A DNA stretch of 64,000 nt from an uncultured Candidatus Binatia bacterium (GTDB lineage: Bacteria > Desulfobacterota > Binatia > UBA9968 > JAJDTQ01). This document shows positions 60,030 through 64,000 of the stretch, one piece after another. The position numbers and the translations under genes are program-made. Below the pieces are notes generated by a model, which saw nothing but the letters and a program-made list of their open reading frames with translations, ran no database searches and had not been told where the DNA came from. Position 1 is the first letter of the stretch; each line of letters opens with the position of its first letter. The stretch spans positions 64,001-128,000 of the forward strand of contig OZ219754.1 in assembly GCA_964291295.2 (NCBI GenBank). The letters are read 5' to 3'.

Positions 60030-61679
60030 ATGTTCAAGCAACTATCGGCCGCCGAGCGGGAGGAGGTTCGCCGTGGGGTGGCGCAGTCCCCTCTGCTTTC
60101 GAGCATCGCCGCAGACCCCTTCATGGAAACGCGGTTCGAAGAGTTCCTGGCTCAGTACACCCGGCCGGTCCATTTCGACACGGGGGAAGTCGTCTGCCGC
60201 AAGGGTGACTACGGCAGCCTGCTCTACTTCGTCCTGGAAGGGTCGCTCCGGGTGGTGCGCGAAGACCCGGAAGGCGTGGTGGGACTGTCCGATCCCCCCG
60301 GCCTGGTCTCCATCGGACCCGGACGCCGCTTCTGGAACTTCTGGAAGCGGTCCGAGGACGAGGAGATCCTGGTGGTGGACGTCAACTACCGCCGAAGGAT
60401 CACGAACATTGACGAAGTCCTGGAGGCCTGCGAGACGGCACGGCTCGCACCGGCGCGCGCAAGCGCCGGCGCGCCGGCCGCCGCCGCGAACGAGGCCATC
60501 GCCGGCGCCTTCGCCGTGCTGACCCGGTCCGCGTTCCAGCGCACCGTCTTCGCCGAAACGCCGGTCCGCGCACTGGCCGTGCACTGGCGCGGAATGCGTG
60601 ACATGGCCACCCTGCACGACCCCGCACGCAACGCCATCAACCACCACTGCCAAGCCGAGATCACCGACCTGGTATGCTCCGGCGGGTTCGAGATCCCCAT
60701 CTTCTCCTCGCTGCCGGAAAACGCCCTGGCCGCCCTCATGGCAGCCGGGGACTTCCGGTTCGCGGGCAAGGCCGCTTCGGAGTTCACCGCGGTCCGCCAA
60801 GGCGAGCCGCTGCGGGAGGTGTTCGTCGTGGTCTCCGGGTTCGGCCGGGTCCGCCATCTCTCGGCCGGCCAAAGCCGCAGCGTCGGTTTCGTCCGCCGGG
60901 GAGACGTGTTCGGACTGGCGGCGCTGGCGGCGGGCGGGCAAGGGGCCGTGAGCAGGACTTCCCTGGAACTGCTGGGCGACGCCAGCCTGCTGGCGTTGCC
61001 GGCGGCGGCGCTGCTGGAGGACTGCTTGCCGTTCCTTTCCGAAGAGGACATCTCGCAAACCGATCCCGCGACCCTCGTGGAACTCGGGGATCCGGACGCC
61101 GTGAGCCCCGAAGCGCTGCGCAACCGATCCCGGGAGGCCTCGCTCGTGGATTTCCTGGTTGACAACAGTTTTGTCCGGGGACGGCAGGCGATGGTCATCG
61201 ACCAGACCCGCTGCGTGGGCTGTGATGCCTGCGTCCAGGGCTGTGCGGACACCCACGGCGGCGTCCCCCGCTTCGTGCGGCAGGGTCCGTCAGCGGGCGG
61301 CTACGCCGTGGCCAACGCCTGCATGCATTGCGAGGAGGCGCCGTGCCTGGTCAACTGCCCCACCGAAGCCGTGCTGCGCAAATCCAGCGGCGAGGTGGTG
61401 GTGTCGGAGATCCTGTGCGTCGGCTGCGGCACCTGCACCGCCGCTTGTCCCTACGACAACATTCGCCTGGTGGAAATGGGGCTCAACGCGGAGCAGAAGG
61501 AACAGTCCATCCCGGTCGCCACCAAGTGCGACCTCTGCATCGGCCAGGAGGCAGGCCCCGCCTGCGTGCGCGCCTGCCCGCACGACGCCATCGCCCGCGT
61601 GGACCTCACGGACCATGCGCTGGTGCCGCGGTTGGCCGCCGGAGCGCCGCTGCGCACTTTGCAAACGAAGGGACGATGA
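60030..61679 (+). CDS. Tandem cNMP-binding-like domains fused to a DmsB/NrfC-type four-[4Fe-4S] domain
   Basis: GEVVCRKGD.G..LYFVLEG and RQGE....VFVV.SG...GDVFG cNMP-fold motifs; 16 Cys in CxxCxxCxxxC, CxxCxxxxCxxxCP, CxxCxxCxxxCP and CxxC..CxxxCP groups. Confidence 0.87.
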   Translation: MFKQLSAAEREEVRRGVAQSPLLSSIAADPFMETRFEEFLAQYTRPVHFDTGEVVCRKGDYGSLLYFVLEGSLRVVREDPEGVVGLSDPPGLVSIGPGRRFWNFWKRSEDEEILVVDVNYRRRITNIDEVLEACETARLAPARASAGAPAAAANEAIAGAFAVLTRSAFQRTVFAETPVRALAVHWRGMRDMATLHDPARNAINHHCQAEITDLVCSGGFEIPIFSSLPENALAALMAAGDFRFAGKAASEFTAVRQGEPLREVFVVVSGFGRVRHLSAGQSRSVGFVRRGDVFGLAALAAGGQGAVSRTSLELLGDASLLALPAAALLEDCLPFLSEEDISQTDPATLVELGDPDAVSPEALRNRSREASLVDFLVDNSFVRGRQAMVIDQTRCVGCDACVQGCADTHGGVPRFVRQGPSAGGYAVANACMHCEEAPCLVNCPTEAVLRKSSGEVVVSEILCVGCGTCTAACPYDNIRLVEMGLNAEQKEQSIPVATKCDLCIGQEAGPACVRACPHDAIARVDLTDHALVPRLAAGAPLRTLQTKGR

Positions 61680-61734
61680 AGCTGCGGCGGGGCAGGGAGC
61701 CGCGGCCGGCACGGTCCATCCGCGGGCGGGCCGC

Positions 61735-62526
61735 ATGACGGCGCGGAACGCCATTGGATGGCTGACGGCCGGACTGGCGGTGCTGGCGGGCACGGTGCTT
61801 TACCGGGTCGCGGACACCGCCCTGCTTCCGACCGCCCACTGGAGCGGCTGGACCCTCGCCCTGGCCTTCCTGCTGCTGGGAGTGCACGGTGTGCACGGGA
61901 TAAAGCGGCGGTGGCCGGGACCGGTGCGGCTGCTGGTGCACCTCCATCTGGGATGGATCGCCGCCCTGCTGTTCCTGGTCCACGGCACTCTGCCCGGTTT
62001 CTCCCAAGGCGCCTTCCACGGAATCCTGTCGCTCTCCTTCGCCGCGGCGCTGGCGTCCGGCGCGGCGGGGTTGTGCCTTGAACGGTTCTGCACGCACCGG
62101 CAGCGGGACTGGGACGCGCTGCCCTGGCCACGCATCGCGCAAGAGCGCGGCGTGCTGGCCGCACAGGCCGGCGCAGCCTTTCACGAGATCGTGAAGCGGG
62201 GCTGTCCACCCCTCCTGGCGCGGCTCTACGCCCAGCGCCTGCTGCCGTTTCTGTCACGCCCGGCACATCTGTGGCAACACTGTATCGGGCACCGGCGCCC
62301 GCTTGAGGATCTCCTGCAGGAACTGTCCCATGCCGGCCGCCCGTTGGCGGACCACGAGGACTTCCTGCGCATCAGGGACATCGTGGTGCGAAAGGACCAT
62401 CTCGACCAGCGTCGGGCGCTCTACTGGCTCCAACGGGGCTGGCTCTTCGTGCACCTGCCCGCGGCCGCGGTGGCGGCGGTGTTCGCGGTCTTTCACGTGA
62501 TCTTCGTGTACTCGTTCGGCGGCTGA
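61735..62526 (+). CDS. Integral membrane protein with His in TM helices (putative heme b)
   Basis: About 5 hydrophobic segments carrying VHLHLG..LVHG and WLFVHLP..VFHV. Confidence 0.75.
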   Translation: MTARNAIGWLTAGLAVLAGTVLYRVADTALLPTAHWSGWTLALAFLLLGVHGVHGIKRRWPGPVRLLVHLHLGWIAALLFLVHGTLPGFSQGAFHGILSLSFAAALASGAAGLCLERFCTHRQRDWDALPWPRIAQERGVLAAQAGAAFHEIVKRGCPPLLARLYAQRLLPFLSRPAHLWQHCIGHRRPLEDLLQELSHAGRPLADHEDFLRIRDIVVRKDHLDQRRALYWLQRGWLFVHLPAAAVAAVFAVFHVIFVYSFGG

Positions 62527-62537
62527 GGATCGAGTCC

Positions 62538-64000
62538 ATGGAACCGCGCACCCGGCACCCCGCCGACGCGTTCATCTTCGCCCACGCCGACTGGGAGTGC
62601 GGACGGGAGGGTGTCCCCTGCCACTTCGGACCGGAGGCTTCGGGACAGTGCTCGGCGCGCGCGGAATGCGTTCCCCGACGGGACGGTGACCGCTGGCTGT
62701 GCCGGCGGCCGCTGGCCCGCGGGGGAGCCTGTGAGAAGGGTCCGCAGCCCCACGGCGCGTGCTGCTTCCCGCCAGCCGCATGCGTGCCCCGGGCGACCGT
62801 GCGGCGGCGGCTCCGGACCGCCTGGCGTCTGGCCGCCCTGTGCGCGCTGGCGGCGGCGCTGGCGCTGCTCACCAGCCGCTCCATGATCCTGCCGGGACCG
62901 GTGCTTTCGACACACGCGGCCTTCGAGCAGGACTGCGGCCAGTGTCACGTCGGCGTGGCCGAGCCGTGGCGGGTGTGGGCGGGAGAGGTCTTTCGCGCCG
63001 GCCTGTCCGGCCGGGAACGGCGACTGGCCAACGCCGCCCGCTGCCTCTCCTGTCATGACTTCGGTGCCGGCGCCATGGCCGCGCACACCGCGGGGCCGGC
63101 GGCGTTCCCGCAGGCCGGCGGCGGGGAACGGGACCGCCGGCGGCCGCCCGGGCCGTCTCCGGCCACCGCGGCGATGCTGCCGGAGGACCACCGGCCGGGG
63201 GGACCGGGCGAAAGCCGCGGGAACATCCCCTGCACCGTCTGTCACCGCGAGCACGAAGGCCGCGACTTCGTCGCCACCCGCATGACCGATGCCCGCTGCC
63301 AGACCTGCCACCGGGAGGTCTTCGCGGGCTTTCCCGCACACCCGCCCTTCACCGGCTATCCCCATCATGCGCTCTCCGCCATCGCCTTCGACCACGGCCG
63401 TCACTTCAGCCGACACTTTGCCGCCGCCGTCAAGGACGGCGTCTCCCCGCCCGAAAACTGCGCCTCGTGCCACGTCCAGGAGACCATGGCTCTCCGCGGT
63501 TTTGGCACGTGCGCCGCCTGCCACGACCAGGAGATCACGCGCGCATCCACCGATCTGGAGTTCCTGGCTCCGCCCGGCCTCGACCTGGAGACCCTGGCGG
63601 ACAGGCCCATCGGCGACTGGCCGCTGGATGCCGAGGCGGAGCCCAACGCGTTCCTGCGGCTGATGCTCGAGGCCGGCGGCTATCTGAACACAGAGGAATT
63701 GAAGACCGTCACCGAGATCGACCTGCTGGACCTGAGCAACGCCGGCAAGGCCGAAAAGGAGGCGGCCGCGGGACTGGCCTGGGCGTTCAAGAAGCTGATC
63801 CGGGACCTTGTGCGGAACGGCCCCTCGGTTTTCGTGGAAGTGGCCCAGGGACTTCCCGGCGGCGCTTCGGTCCCGGCCGATCTGGCCGGCTCGCTGTCGT
63901 TCGAGGTGGCGAGCCATGCGGCCAGCCAATGGTTCCCGGAACTGGAGCGCGAACTGGAGCGGCACGAACAGGGTGAAGCGGTGGCCACCCGCGCCGTCGA
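62538..64000 (+). CDS. Membrane-anchored multiheme cytochrome c with Cys-rich N-terminal domain (3'-truncated; absent from ORF track)
   Basis: Manual translation from ATG 62538 is open to the window end: 9 Cys in the first ~82 aa, a TM helix, then CGQCH, CLSCH, CTVCH, CQTCH, CASCH, CAACH. Confidence 0.85.
   Translation, partial: MEPRTRHPADAFIFAHADWECGREGVPCHFGPEASGQCSARAECVPRRDGDRWLCRRPLARGGACEKGPQPHGACCFPPAACVPRATVRRRLRTAWRLAALCALAAALALLTSRSMILPGPVLSTHAAFEQDCGQCHVGVAEPWRVWAGEVFRAGLSGRERRLANAARCLSCHDFGAGAMAAHTAGPAAFPQAGGGERDRRRPPGPSPATAAMLPEDHRPGGPGESRGNIPCTVCHREHEGRDFVATRMTDARCQTCHREVFAGFPAHPPFTGYPHHALSAIAFDHGRHFSRHFAAAVKDGVSPPENCASCHVQETMALRGFGTCAACHDQEITRASTDLEFLAPPGLDLETLADRPIGDWPLDAEAEPNAFLRLMLEAGGYLNTEELKTVTEIDLLDLSNAGKAEKEAAAGLAWAFKKLIRDLVRNGPSVFVEVAQGLPGGASVPADLAGSLSFEVASHAASQWFPELERELERHEQGEAVATRAV

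Noticed and set aside
62493-63965. 490-aa minus-strand ORF at the window end
   Set aside because: The + strand frame from 62538 carries six CxxCH motifs and is the real gene.

Overview
High-GC, gene-dense bacterial chromosomal segment. The gene repertoire resembles a deltaproteobacterium-like lineage such as Binatia; this is inference only. About 46 credible CDSs were found, and no tRNA, rRNA, CRISPR array or transposase was recognised. In order, the window holds: a 5'-truncated type I restriction subunit (hsdR); a Cys-less thiolase-fold gene; gatB; a minus-strand run of GT2, hypothetical, SPL-like radical SAM, secA (with a ~250-aa helical insertion) and argJ; coxG and TctC; hflKC behind a strong promoter with a structured leader; assorted catabolic genes; pckG; sigma54-driven amtB-glnK; ppk1 and speA; a polyphosphate-linked block (ppgK convergent with HU-ParA-CYTH/CHAD); treT-like GT4; and an operon of formyltransferase, aryl-CoA ligase, hcrCAB-like Mo enzyme and an EHD-like dynamin. 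The last 12 kb is the most striking part. A DUF924/anti-sigma-kinase fusion gene is divergent from an apparently uncharacterised redox operon: three multiheme c cytochromes (at least 15 CxxCH), an outer-membrane beta-barrel, a membrane-anchored FAD/NAD(P)H/[2Fe-2S] reductase, a cNMP-binding/4x[4Fe-4S] protein and a His-rich membrane protein. The two units share overlapping promoters and a Fur-like box. Many intergenic spacers carry short tandem duplications. All calls come from motifs read by eye; no database searches were run.
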